From: Calditrichia bacterium | Lineage (GTDB): Bacteria; Calditrichota; Calditrichia; RBG-13-44-9 | Direction of reading: 5' to 3' | Length of the DNA stretch: 23,550 bases | Assembly (NCBI GenBank): GCA_037381445.1 | Contig: JARRQT010000046.1 | Span: 1 to 23,550, forward strand | Shown: positions 1 to 9,063 of the stretch, piece after piece | How positions within the stretch are numbered: the first letter of the stretch is position 1 | How the letters are laid out: each line of letters begins with the position of its first letter | Notes under the pieces: generated by a model | What the model saw: the letters and a program-made list of their open reading frames with translations, nothing else | The model's database searches: none | Told to the model about the DNA's origin: nothing | Program-made: the position numbers and the translations under genes

Positions 1-382
1 TGGATTTGATGCGAATTTTAAATGGCCATCCCCGGTTTCCTTTTGACTATTTAACCGACATCACCGCGGTGGATTATTTGAAACAGGATCGGGAACACGA
101 TTCGATCTGGTTTACCACCTCTACACATTTAAGCATAACCAGAGACTGCGGGTCAAGCTGAAGGTAAGCGAGGACGCGATGGAGATCGATTCCGTTTCCG
201 GAATCTGGAAGGCCGCCCTCTGGCTGGAGCGGGAAGTTTTTGAGATGTTCGGATTCAACTTTGCGGGCCATCCCGATCTGAGGCGTTTGTTGCTGCCGGA
301 TGTGTTCGACGGTTTCCCATTACGCAAGGATTATCCCCTGCGCGGACGCGGGGAGCGTGATGTCATCCTGGATTTAAAATAA
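1..382 (+). CDS. nuoC: NADH-quinone oxidoreductase subunit C, 5'-truncated by the window edge and frameshifted at ~95
   Basis: Frame from nt 3 reads FDYLTDITAVDYLKQDRE and stops at TGA 159-161. The frame from nt 98 reads RFDLVYHLYTFKHNQRLRVKLKV...WLEREVFEMFGFNFAGHPDLRRLLLPDVFDGFPLRKDYPL, the NuoC signature, and has an upstream stop at 44-46. Confidence 0.9.
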
Positions 383-389
383 AAGATGA

Positions 390-1595
390 GTGTTGAATAT
401 GCCTGATACCGTTCATGAATTAAAATCCGATCGTATGATTCTCAATATGGGGCCGCAGCATCCCGCCACCCACGGAACCCTGCGTCTGGTGCTGGAACTG
501 GATGGCGAGGTGATTTTGAAGGCCGAACCCCATATCGGCTACCTGCATTCCGGTTTTGAGAAACTGGGCGAATATAAAAATTACAATCAATGGATAACAC
601 TGTCCGACCGGATGAATTACCTCTCGCCGCTCTGCAATAACATTGGATTTGCCCAGGCGGTGGAACGCCTTATCGGAATCGAAATTCCGGAGCGGGCGAA
701 ATACATCCGTGTGATCATGGCGGAATTATCGCGGATCGCAGATCACCTGGTGTGGGTGGGAACCCATGCGCTGGATATCGGCGCCATGACCGCTTTCTTA
801 TACGGTTTTGAAGCCCGCGAATGGCTGTACGATCTTTTTGAGCATACCACCGGCGCCCGCTTGACCACCAGCTACACCCGGGTGGGCGGTTTGTTCCGCG
901 ATGTGCCCAATGATTTCGAAGAGATTGTGCAGGATTTTCTGAAGAAATTTCCCCGCGTGCTGGCACAGTTGAACGGCCTGCTCACCCGCAACCGCATCTG
1001 GGTAGACCGCACCCGTAAGATTGGCTACCTGAGCCGGGAAGATGCTATCAATTACGGCGTAACCGGTCCGGTCCTGCGCGGTTCAGGCATCTATTACGAT
1101 GTCTGGAAGAACTTCCCGTATCTTATCTATGACCGCCTCGATTTTGAAATTCCGATCTGCGATGACGGCGATGTGTATTCCCGTTATCTGGTTCGTATGG
1201 AAGAGATGAACCAGAGCGCTAAAATTGTTGAACAGTGCATGAATGATTTCCCGGACGGTCCGGTCAACATCACCGATGAAAAACTGAAGCTTCCCGAAAA
1301 GGAGAAGGTTTATGATACCATCGAAGGGCTGATCCATCACTTTAAAAATATTATGCCCGATCATGGATTTGAGGTGCCGGTGGGCGATATCTATGACAGC
1401 ACCGAAGCTCCCAACGGTGAACTCGGATTCTACCTGGTTTCCGACGGCACCAATAAACCGGTCCGCCTGAGAGTCCGGCCGCCGTCATTTGTCAATTTCT
1501 CTCCGTTTGATATTATGATTCGCGGAAATATGGTGAGTGACACGGTGGCGGTGCTGGGAAGTCTCAACATCATTGCCGGCGAACTGGACCGTTAA
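390..1595 (+). CDS. nuoD: NADH-quinone oxidoreductase subunit D (true start may be ATG 399)
   Basis: LNMGPQHPATHGTLRL, GYLHSGFEK, DRMNYLS, EAPNGELG and C-terminal GELDR motifs; no NiFe-binding CxxC pairs; position after nuoC. Confidence 0.97.
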   Translation: MLNMPDTVHELKSDRMILNMGPQHPATHGTLRLVLELDGEVILKAEPHIGYLHSGFEKLGEYKNYNQWITLSDRMNYLSPLCNNIGFAQAVERLIGIEIPERAKYIRVIMAELSRIADHLVWVGTHALDIGAMTAFLYGFEAREWLYDLFEHTTGARLTTSYTRVGGLFRDVPNDFEEIVQDFLKKFPRVLAQLNGLLTRNRIWVDRTRKIGYLSREDAINYGVTGPVLRGSGIYYDVWKNFPYLIYDRLDFEIPICDDGDVYSRYLVRMEEMNQSAKIVEQCMNDFPDGPVNITDEKLKLPEKEKVYDTIEGLIHHFKNIMPDHGFEVPVGDIYDSTEAPNGELGFYLVSDGTNKPVRLRVRPPSFVNFSPFDIMIRGNMVSDTVAVLGSLNIIAGELDR

Positions 1596-1640
1596 CGGCT
1601 GGTTGAGCGGCATTTTTTCTTTTTGATATAGATAATAAAG

Positions 1641-2135
1641 ATGACAATAGAAGGCGTTGAAATGGAAGTTAAGTTCTCTGAAGCGGCTTTAAAAGAATAT
1701 GATGCCATTGTAAAAAAATATCCTGAACGTCGCGGGGCGCTCCTGCCGGTGCTCCATCTCGCCCAGCGGGAATTCGGATGGATTTCCCGGGATGCCATGC
1801 GATATATTTCCGAACTGCTGGATATTCCCTTGACCAATGTTCTGGACACCGCCAGTTTTTATACCATGTTTAAACTGCAGCCCGCCGGCAAATACCATAT
1901 TCAGCTTTGCAGCACCCTGTCCTGCGCCCTGCGCGGTTCGCGTCAGATTTATGAACATGTGTCGCAGAAATACGGCATCGGCGATGGCGAAGTGACGCCG
2001 GACGGAAAATTTTCGCTGCTGAAAGTGGAATGTCTGGGCTCCTGCGGCACCGCGCCGGTTGTTCAGATCAACGATGATTATTATGAAGATATGACCATAG
2101 AAAAACTTGATAAAGTTCTGGATGGCTTGAAATAA
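1641..2135 (+). CDS. nuoE: NADH-quinone oxidoreductase subunit E (alternative start ATG 1662)
   Basis: ALLPVLHLAQREFGWI, ASFYTMF and [2Fe-2S] ligands CSTLSC...ECLGSC. Confidence 0.96.
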   Translation: MTIEGVEMEVKFSEAALKEYDAIVKKYPERRGALLPVLHLAQREFGWISRDAMRYISELLDIPLTNVLDTASFYTMFKLQPAGKYHIQLCSTLSCALRGSRQIYEHVSQKYGIGDGEVTPDGKFSLLKVECLGSCGTAPVVQINDDYYEDMTIEKLDKVLDGLK

Positions 2136-2152
2136 ATACAGGATGGCATTCG

Positions 2153-3427
2153 ATGTTTGAAAAAGTATTGACAAAAAACATAAAGATTCCTGAGTCCAGG
2201 AATATTGATTTCTACCTCAAACATGGCGGCTATAAGTCATTTCAAAAGGTTCTGAAGGAAATGGAGCCCGATACGGTCATTCAGGAAGTCAGGGATTCCA
2301 ATCTGAGAGGCCGGGGCGGCGCCGGATTCCCTGCCGGGGTAAAATGGGGATTCGTTCCCAAAAATAATGACAAGCCCCATTATCTGCTGTGCAATGCGGA
2401 CGAAAGCGAACCCGGCACATTCAAAGACCGGCTGCTAATGACCGGCGATCCGCATCTGGTGCTGGAAGGAATCATGATTGCCTCCTATGCCACACGCTCC
2501 GGCAAAGCCTACATCTATATCCGCGGCGAATTTGTTGAAGAAGCCTGTATTCTGGATGAGGCCATCGCCGAGGCGTATCAAAAGGGTTTCCTGGGAAAGA
2601 ATATCCAGGGAAGCGGCTACGATCTGGATATGTATGTTCACCGGGGCGCCGGTGCCTACATTTGCGGTGAGGAGACGGGCCTGATTGAGTCTTTGGAAGG
2701 AAAACGCGGCTGGCCGCGCATAAAACCGCCGTTTCCCGCCGTAGCGGGTGCCTGGCAGAGCCCCACAATTGTGAACAATGTGGAAACGCTGGCCTGCGTG
2801 CCGTCGATTATTGAAAAAGGCGCCGCCTGGTTCAAGGCCATCGGTCCGGAAAAAAGTCCCGGTCCAAAATTGTACTGTCTGAGCGGGCATGTGAAGAATC
2901 CCGGCGTCTATGAACTCCCCATGGGTCTGAATCTGAAGGATCTGATTTACGAATATGGCGGCGGCATGCTGAACGGGAACAAGCTGAAAGCTGTGATTCC
3001 CGGCGGTTCTTCGGTGCCGGTTCTGACCGCGGATGAAATTGACGTTGCCATGGATTTCGACAGCCTGGCCGGGATAGGCAGCATGCTGGGTTCCGCCGGC
3101 GCCATCGTTATGGATGACAGCACCTGCATGGTGGATGCGCTTCTCAATCTCATCCATTTCTACCGGCACGAATCCTGCGGACAGTGCACGCCCTGCCGGG
3201 AAGGAACGAACTGGGCGGAACGAATTCTCAGAAAAATTGAGCATGGAGAAGCCACGCTTAAGGATATCGATTTGCTGGAAGAAGTCGGCGCACATATTAA
3301 TTTCCGCACCATTTGTCCTCTGGGCGATGCGGCAGCCATGCCCATTGCCTCTTTCCTTCAAAAATTCAGGAAAGAATTTGAGGCCCACGTGGAGCAGGGA
3401 AAGTGCCCATTGAACAGTAATCTGTAA
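2153..3427 (+). CDS. nuoF: NADH-quinone oxidoreductase subunit F (FMN/NADH-binding)
   Basis: LRGRGGAGFP, NADESEPGTFKDR, GAGAYICGEETGLIESLEG and N3 ligands ESCGQCTPCREG...ICPLG. Confidence 0.98.
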   Translation: MFEKVLTKNIKIPESRNIDFYLKHGGYKSFQKVLKEMEPDTVIQEVRDSNLRGRGGAGFPAGVKWGFVPKNNDKPHYLLCNADESEPGTFKDRLLMTGDPHLVLEGIMIASYATRSGKAYIYIRGEFVEEACILDEAIAEAYQKGFLGKNIQGSGYDLDMYVHRGAGAYICGEETGLIESLEGKRGWPRIKPPFPAVAGAWQSPTIVNNVETLACVPSIIEKGAAWFKAIGPEKSPGPKLYCLSGHVKNPGVYELPMGLNLKDLIYEYGGGMLNGNKLKAVIPGGSSVPVLTADEIDVAMDFDSLAGIGSMLGSAGAIVMDDSTCMVDALLNLIHFYRHESCGQCTPCREGTNWAERILRKIEHGEATLKDIDLLEEVGAHINFRTICPLGDAAAMPIASFLQKFRKEFEAHVEQGKCPLNSNL

Positions 3428-3476
3428 TTATGTAAAAACATTTTGTTGGAAGATAAATCTGGTAGGGTAAATTATT

Positions 3477-5111
3477 ATGCCTCTCGTAAAAATAGATAAT
3501 CGGGAATTGGAAGTTGAAGCGGGAATAACTATTCTGGAAGCCGCAAAAAGGCTGGATATTGATATTCCGCATTATTGCTATCATAAGGCGCTGAAAATTG
3601 TGGCGAGCTGCCGCATGTGTCTGGTGAACGTCCAGGGATTTCCCAAACTGGTGCCGTCCTGTTCAACCACCATCATGTCGATGCCGGAAGAGCGGAAAAT
3701 TGACGGAAAATATGATATGGTGGTCTCCACCAATGACAAGGAAGTGAAGGATGCCCAGGAGTCCATCATGGAATTTCTGCTGCTCAACCATCCGACGGAC
3801 TGCCCGGAATGCGATCAGGCCGGGGAGTGTCTGCTGCAGGATTACAGTTATGAATACGGGAAAGGCTATTCAAGGTTTGAATTCGAGAAACGGGTGCCGC
3901 CGCGGAAGGATCTGGGTCCGGAAGTTCTCTTAATTGCCACCCGTTGTATTTTGTGCACCCGCTGCATCCGTTTTACCCAGGAAGTGACCGGAACCAATGA
4001 ACTGGTTATCAAGCAGCGAGGCTATAAAGCAGAAATCGATACTTTTCCGGGAGTATCGCTGAATAATAAAATGTCCATGAACGTGGTGGATGTCTGTCCG
4101 GTTGGCGCGTTGGTCAGCAAGGATTTCCTGCACAAACCTAGGAACTGGCGCTACGAGAAAATCAAAACGGTCTGCCCGGGATGTTCGGTGGGCTGCAACA
4201 TTCAGGTTGAAGCCTTCGCAGAAAACAATGAGATTTACCGCATCAAACCTATCTTTAATCCTGATGTGAATGAATGGTGGATGTGCGACGAAGGACGTCT
4301 TTTCTATCATGAGTTCCGCAAACTGCAGAGGATTGAATATCCCATGCTGCGCAGCGGCAGTGAACTGAAACAGGTGAACTGGCGCGAGGCCCTGAAGTCC
4401 TCGGTGGATGCGCTGCGAAAATTCAAACCGGAAGAGATTGCCGCCGTGGGCAGCGGATTCGCCAGCAACGAAGAGAATTTCATGTTGAAAAAAGTTTTCG
4501 CGGATGGCCTCGGAACGGCAAATGTGTCGTTGAATGATAAAATTCATAAGGAAGAAGATGCCGTATTCCCCAAGTTTGTCATCAAAGGCGAAAAAGTCCC
4601 CAATCTGCAGGGCGCCAAAGATATGCTGGGAGGGAAAACGGGTTTTTCCGAAATGCTGCGCAAAATTGAAGGCGGCCAAATAAAGGCGCTTTTCTATCTT
4701 GGCGGCGATCCGAGAATGAATCTTTCTGACAAAGACCTTGAAATTTTGGACAAACTGGAACTGCTGATTGTTCAGGATATCCGGTTCAATCCGCTGACTG
4801 ATCGCGCCCATATTGTGCTGGCAGGCGCCTCGGCATACGAGAAGAACGGCACCTTTACCAATTATCAGGGCCGCGTTCAGAGAATCCGTCCCGCAATAAT
4901 GCCGCCCGTTACCGCCATGACCGATTTTGAAATTCTACGGGAGATTGGCCAGATTCTGGGACTGGAAGTGCCCGTTCGCAGCAAACTCGCCTTCGATATG
5001 ATTGCCGGGCAGGTCAAAGATTATGCGGGAATCGATTATGAAGCGCTGAAGAACGGCGGTATCCGGAAGGGCGAGGGAGTGAAGCAGGCCGCTGCGGCAA
5101 GCGCGAAGTAA
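3477..5111 (+). CDS. nuoG: NADH-quinone oxidoreductase subunit G, short 544-aa form
   Basis: N1b CYH...SCRMC...SC, N5 HPTDCPECDQAGEC, N4 CILCTRC...CPVG and N7-type CPGCSVGC...WMCDEGR; shortened molybdopterin-like C-terminal region with EKNGTFTNYQGRVQ. Confidence 0.93.
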   Translation: MPLVKIDNRELEVEAGITILEAAKRLDIDIPHYCYHKALKIVASCRMCLVNVQGFPKLVPSCSTTIMSMPEERKIDGKYDMVVSTNDKEVKDAQESIMEFLLLNHPTDCPECDQAGECLLQDYSYEYGKGYSRFEFEKRVPPRKDLGPEVLLIATRCILCTRCIRFTQEVTGTNELVIKQRGYKAEIDTFPGVSLNNKMSMNVVDVCPVGALVSKDFLHKPRNWRYEKIKTVCPGCSVGCNIQVEAFAENNEIYRIKPIFNPDVNEWWMCDEGRLFYHEFRKLQRIEYPMLRSGSELKQVNWREALKSSVDALRKFKPEEIAAVGSGFASNEENFMLKKVFADGLGTANVSLNDKIHKEEDAVFPKFVIKGEKVPNLQGAKDMLGGKTGFSEMLRKIEGGQIKALFYLGGDPRMNLSDKDLEILDKLELLIVQDIRFNPLTDRAHIVLAGASAYEKNGTFTNYQGRVQRIRPAIMPPVTAMTDFEILREIGQILGLEVPVRSKLAFDMIAGQVKDYAGIDYEALKNGGIRKGEGVKQAAAASAK

Positions 5112-5180
5112 TTGCGGATTTCGCTGAATTGTTCGATGGTATTTTGCAAACAGATATTAAACTTTGACTGAAGTTACATT

Positions 5181-6245
5181 TTGGAGACAAGTTGGCTTAT
5201 GGATCCGACACTGCTTAACATTATCATCATTCTCATAAAAATTGCTGTTGTGCTGTTGGCAATAGTTGCCACGATTATGGTTCTGATCCTTGGGGAACGC
5301 CGGATTTCCGGTTTTATTCAGGACCGGCTTGGTCCTAACCGGGTGGGCCCGGGGGGGATTTTTCAGCCCATTGCCGACGGGTTGAAATTTTTCCTGAAGG
5401 AAGATATCATTCCTTCTCACGTGGAAAAAGCGCTGTACCTGCTGGCGCCGGCGGCTATTTTAACGCCGGCACTCATGACCTTTGCCGTTATCCCTTTCGG
5501 GGACCAATTTTCCACTTACCTTTTCGGCCATATGGAAACCATCAAATTCCAGATAGCCGATCTGAATGTCGGTATCCTTTATATATTTGCCATTGCCTCG
5601 CTGGGCGTGTATGGAATTGTGATCGGAGGATGGGCATCCAACAACAAATATTCCCTGATGGGCGGACTAAGGTCTTCTTCCCAGATGATCAGTTACGAAA
5701 TCCCCATGGGCCTCGCCATCGTCAGCATCCTGGTAATGACCGGCTCACTGAGGCTGCAGGACGTGGTGTATGATCAATATGCCATCTGGAATGTGTTCCG
5801 CCAGCCGCTGGCTTTCATCATTTTTCTGGTGGCCTCCTTTGCGGAGACCAACCGTCTGCCGTTCGATCTGCCCGAGGCGGAGCAGGAACTGGTTGGCGGC
5901 TATCATACCGAATACAGTTCAATGAAATTTGCTTCATTCTTCATCGCCGAGTATGCCAACCTGATTACCTCGTCGGCGCTTATCGTGACCCTGTTTTTCG
6001 GCGGCTGGCATGTGCCCTTCGGAATTCTGGAAGCACTGAACGTTTCGGTGGTCTGGGAACAGATACTTCAGATTCTCGCATTTGCCATCAAAACCGGCAT
6101 CATGCTGTTTGTTTATCTGTGGGTCCGCTGGACGCTGCCGCGCTTCCGCTATGACCAGCTAATGAATCTGGGCTGGAAAGCGCTGCTCCCGCTGGGACTT
6201 TTGAATATCGTGCTGACGGCTATCGGCGTTGCCATTTTTCAATGA
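5181..6245 (+). CDS. nuoH: NADH-quinone oxidoreductase subunit H (TTG 5181 or ATG 5199 start)
   Basis: ERRISGFIQDRLGPNRVG, QPIADGLK, ETNRLPFDLPEAEQELVGGYHTEYS, PRFRYDQLM. Confidence 0.98.
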   Translation: METSWLMDPTLLNIIIILIKIAVVLLAIVATIMVLILGERRISGFIQDRLGPNRVGPGGIFQPIADGLKFFLKEDIIPSHVEKALYLLAPAAILTPALMTFAVIPFGDQFSTYLFGHMETIKFQIADLNVGILYIFAIASLGVYGIVIGGWASNNKYSLMGGLRSSSQMISYEIPMGLAIVSILVMTGSLRLQDVVYDQYAIWNVFRQPLAFIIFLVASFAETNRLPFDLPEAEQELVGGYHTEYSSMKFASFFIAEYANLITSSALIVTLFFGGWHVPFGILEALNVSVVWEQILQILAFAIKTGIMLFVYLWVRWTLPRFRYDQLMNLGWKALLPLGLLNIVLTAIGVAIFQ

Positions 6246-6269
6246 AAATAACTTGAGGATATAATAGAA

Positions 6270-6779
6270 ATGATTCAGTTGATCTTATTTTCCATATTTG
6301 CCGGACTCGCCGTATTGGGTGGAATAATGGTGATTGCTCACCGGAACCCGATCTACAGTGCGCTTTTTCTTATTCTCACGTTATTTGCATTGGCCGGCGA
6401 ATATGTGTTGCTGCTCGCTCATTTTATTGCGGTCGTCCATGTGGCGGTGTACGCCGGGGCCATCATGGTGCTCTTCCTGTTTGTTATCATGCTTCTGAAT
6501 ATCCGAACCGAAACCCAGGCACCGGGTGCCTTTCGCTACATGATCTACATTGCCATTCCGCTGGCGGTACTGCTTTTCCTGGAATTGGGATATCTGGCAT
6601 TCCAGGGATTCAGCGAAGTAACTGTTAAGGCCAATACCTTCGGCACCGTGGAAAGTCTGGGGAATGCCCTGTTCAGCACCTATGTGCTTCCATTTGAAAT
6701 TACTTCCATTTTGCTGCTGGTGGCCATGCTGGGGGCGCTTTATCTCTCAAAACGAAAATTATCAGAAGTGAAAGAATAA
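6270..6779 (+). CDS. nuoJ: NADH-quinone oxidoreductase subunit J
   Basis: [43 protein letters not shown]; five hydrophobic segments. Confidence 0.96.
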   Translation: MIQLILFSIFAGLAVLGGIMVIAHRNPIYSALFLILTLFALAGEYVLLLAHFIAVVHVAVYAGAIMVLFLFVIMLLNIRTETQAPGAFRYMIYIAIPLAVLLFLELGYLAFQGFSEVTVKANTFGTVESLGNALFSTYVLPFEITSILLLVAMLGALYLSKRKLSEVKE

Positions 6780-6789
6780 AGGTGTATTC

Positions 6790-7098
6790 ATGCAAGGAAT
6801 TCCCATATCATATTTCTTAATACTGGGCGCAGTTCTCTTTTCACTGGGCGTGATTGGTGTGGTTACCAGACGAAATGCCATTATCATTTTCATGTCGGTG
6901 GAATTGATGCTGAACGCCGTGAATCTGACCTTCATTGCTTTTTCAAATTATCTGGGAAATATCGAGGGGCAGATGTTTGTTTTCCTGGTGATGGTGGTTG
7001 CTGCGGCCGAAGTCGCCGTGGGATTAGCGATCATCGTGGCGATCTATCGCCTGCGGGAAACGGTGCATGTGGATGAAATCCGGCTGCTCAAGTGGTAG
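6790..7098 (+). CDS. nuoK: NADH-quinone oxidoreductase subunit K
   Basis: [32 protein letters not shown]; 102 aa with three TM segments. Confidence 0.97.
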   Translation: MQGIPISYFLILGAVLFSLGVIGVVTRRNAIIIFMSVELMLNAVNLTFIAFSNYLGNIEGQMFVFLVMVVAAAEVAVGLAIIVAIYRLRETVHVDEIRLLKW

Positions 7099-7206
7099 TA
7101 ACGAAATTTCAGTGCTGCGAATGATGAAGGCGGAGATTGCTGCCTTACATGCTTAATAAAAAAAGGTTGATCGACACACATTCCGGAAAAATACGGAGAT
7201 AAATAG

Positions 7207-9038
7207 ATGGAACGCTTTATCTGGTACATTCCCTTTCTTCCGCTGCTGGGTGCGGTAATAAATGGTGTCTTCGGGCGCTTGCTCAAAGAAAAAGCGGGGT
7301 GGGTTGCCAACGCGACAGTTCTCACCAGTTTTATTCTCTCGCTGTTTGCTTTTGCCCGCGTTTTGAACGGGCAGACTTTTAACGGGGACCTTTTCACATG
7401 GATTCAGGCCGGGAGTTTTAAGGCAACTTTTGGGGTCCTGATTGATCCGCTGTCCATTGTGATGATGCTGGTGGTCACAGGCGTTGGTTTCCTGATTCAC
7501 TTCTATTCAATTGGCTATATGCATGGGGATGAGGGAGTGGCGCGTTATTTCTCTTTCCTGAACCTGTTTATTTTTTTCATGCTCATGCTGGTGATGGGGA
7601 ATAACCTGCTGCTGCTCTACCTCGGCTGGGAAGGCGTTGGTTTGTGTTCTTATCTGCTGATCGGTTTCTGGTATGAAAAAGAATCCGCGGCCAGGGCGGG
7701 GATGAAAGCGTTTATCACCAACCGGGTCGGGGATTTCGGTTTTGCGATCGGGATCATGCTTATTTTTACTACCCTTGGGACAATCAGTTACACCGGGATT
7801 TTCTCCCAGACTGATAAACTGTTGAGTGCCGGTGTGCTGACCGCCGCTGCGCTGCTTCTCTTCCTGGGTGCGACCGGAAAATCCGCGCAGTTTCCCCTTT
7901 ACATCTGGCTCCCTGATGCCATGGAGGGTCCCTCGCCCGTCAGCGCGCTGATCCATGCTGCAACCATGGTGACGGCCGGGGTTTACATGGTGGCCCGCTT
8001 TAGTCCGATCTTCAGCCTTTCGTCCGCAGCCATGACTGTGGTAGTGGTTATCGGAACATTCACCGCAATTTTCGCGGCAACCATGGCCCTGGTCAATAAG
8101 GATATAAAGAGAGTACTGGCTTACAGCACCATCAGCCAGTTGGGGTAGCCTTTTTTAAGGCCCTTCTCTTTTTGGGAGCCGGTTCGGTAATGCATGCCCT
8201 GGCGAATGAAACCAATATTGATAAAATGGGCGGACTCTTTTCAAAGATCAAAATTACCGCGATCACATTTTTTATCGCGGGGCTGGCGATTGCCGGCGTG
8301 CCTCCTTTCAGCGGGTTCTTCTCCAAGGACGGCATTCTGGCCGGCGCGTTTGCCTACAGTCCCATTGTCTGGGCCTTTGGCGTTTTTGGCGCGTTCCTGA
8401 CAGCATTTTATATGTTCCGCCTCATCTTTATGACCTTCTTTGGCGAATCCCGGGTGGAACCCGAAGTCGCCCATCATATTCACGAATCACCGCGCGTTAT
8501 GACCGCTCCGCTGATGGTGCTTGCCCTGCTTGCTGTTATCGGGGGCTGGGTGGGAATCCCCGAGGGGCTGGGCGGTGGAAACCATTTCGAACATTTCCTG
8601 GCCCCGGTATTCCGGAGTGCCCATGAACATCTCCATATGGTCCATGTTTCTCATTCCATGGAATATCTGCTGATGACCGTTTCCATTGTGCTGGTATTCG
8701 CCGGGATTCTGCTCGCCTATCTGATGTATGTCAGCGGCAGCATCAGCCCGGTCAAAATGGCGGCGCGGGCCAAGGGATTCTATAAGGTGCTGTATAACAA
8801 ATATTATGTGGATGAAATATACAATGCCGTCATTTACCAGCCGATCATCCGGGGAAGCCGCTGGTTATGGGAGGTGTTCGATAGTAAGATTATTGACGGT
8901 ATTGCCAATCTGCTCGGCAAAATTGCGATTCTGATTGGCCTCATCGTGCGCCGGGTGCAGACCGGGTATGTACAGAATTATGCGGCATTTCTGGTGCTGG
9001 GCGCAATTATTATTCTGGGTTACTATTTGTTAAGCTAA
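7207..9038 (+). pseudogene. nuoL: NADH-quinone oxidoreductase subunit L, disrupted as sequenced (ORFs 7207-8148 and 8172-9038)
   Basis: The 5' part has GWEGVGLCSYLLIGFW, TNRVGD, GKSAQFPLYIWLPDAMEGP and ends AYSTISQLG-TAG. From 8148 another frame resumes at AFFKALLFLGAGSVMHAL, with FSGFFSKD and NKYYVDEIY. The ~21 residues normally between these motifs are absent. Identity is certain; whether the lesion is biological is not. Confidence 0.85.
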
Positions 9039-9063
9039 TATAAACGAAAGTTTTTGGAGAAGT

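Noticed and set aside
90..98. Programmed -1 frameshift site in nuoC
   Set aside because: GGGAAC is one A short of a GGGAAAC slippery heptamer, I saw no clear stimulatory structure, and I know no precedent in nuoC; a simple indel is more parsimonious.
390..1595. Group 4 [NiFe]-hydrogenase large subunit
   Set aside because: No N- or C-terminal CxxC nickel ligands; the sequence ends GELDR and sits in a nuoEFG context, so it is NuoD.
2435..4811. Long antisense ORFs (317 aa over nuoF, 293 aa over nuoG; likewise 11170-11904, 13902-14750, 21952-22617)
   Set aside because: They lie entirely opposite well-supported genes and have no recognisable motifs; typical codon-bias shadows.
8146..8148. Amber (pyrrolysine) readthrough or programmed frameshift in nuoL
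   Set aside because: The same frame after TAG is non-homologous and soon hits TAA, and ~21 conserved residues are physically missing, so recoding cannot restore the protein.
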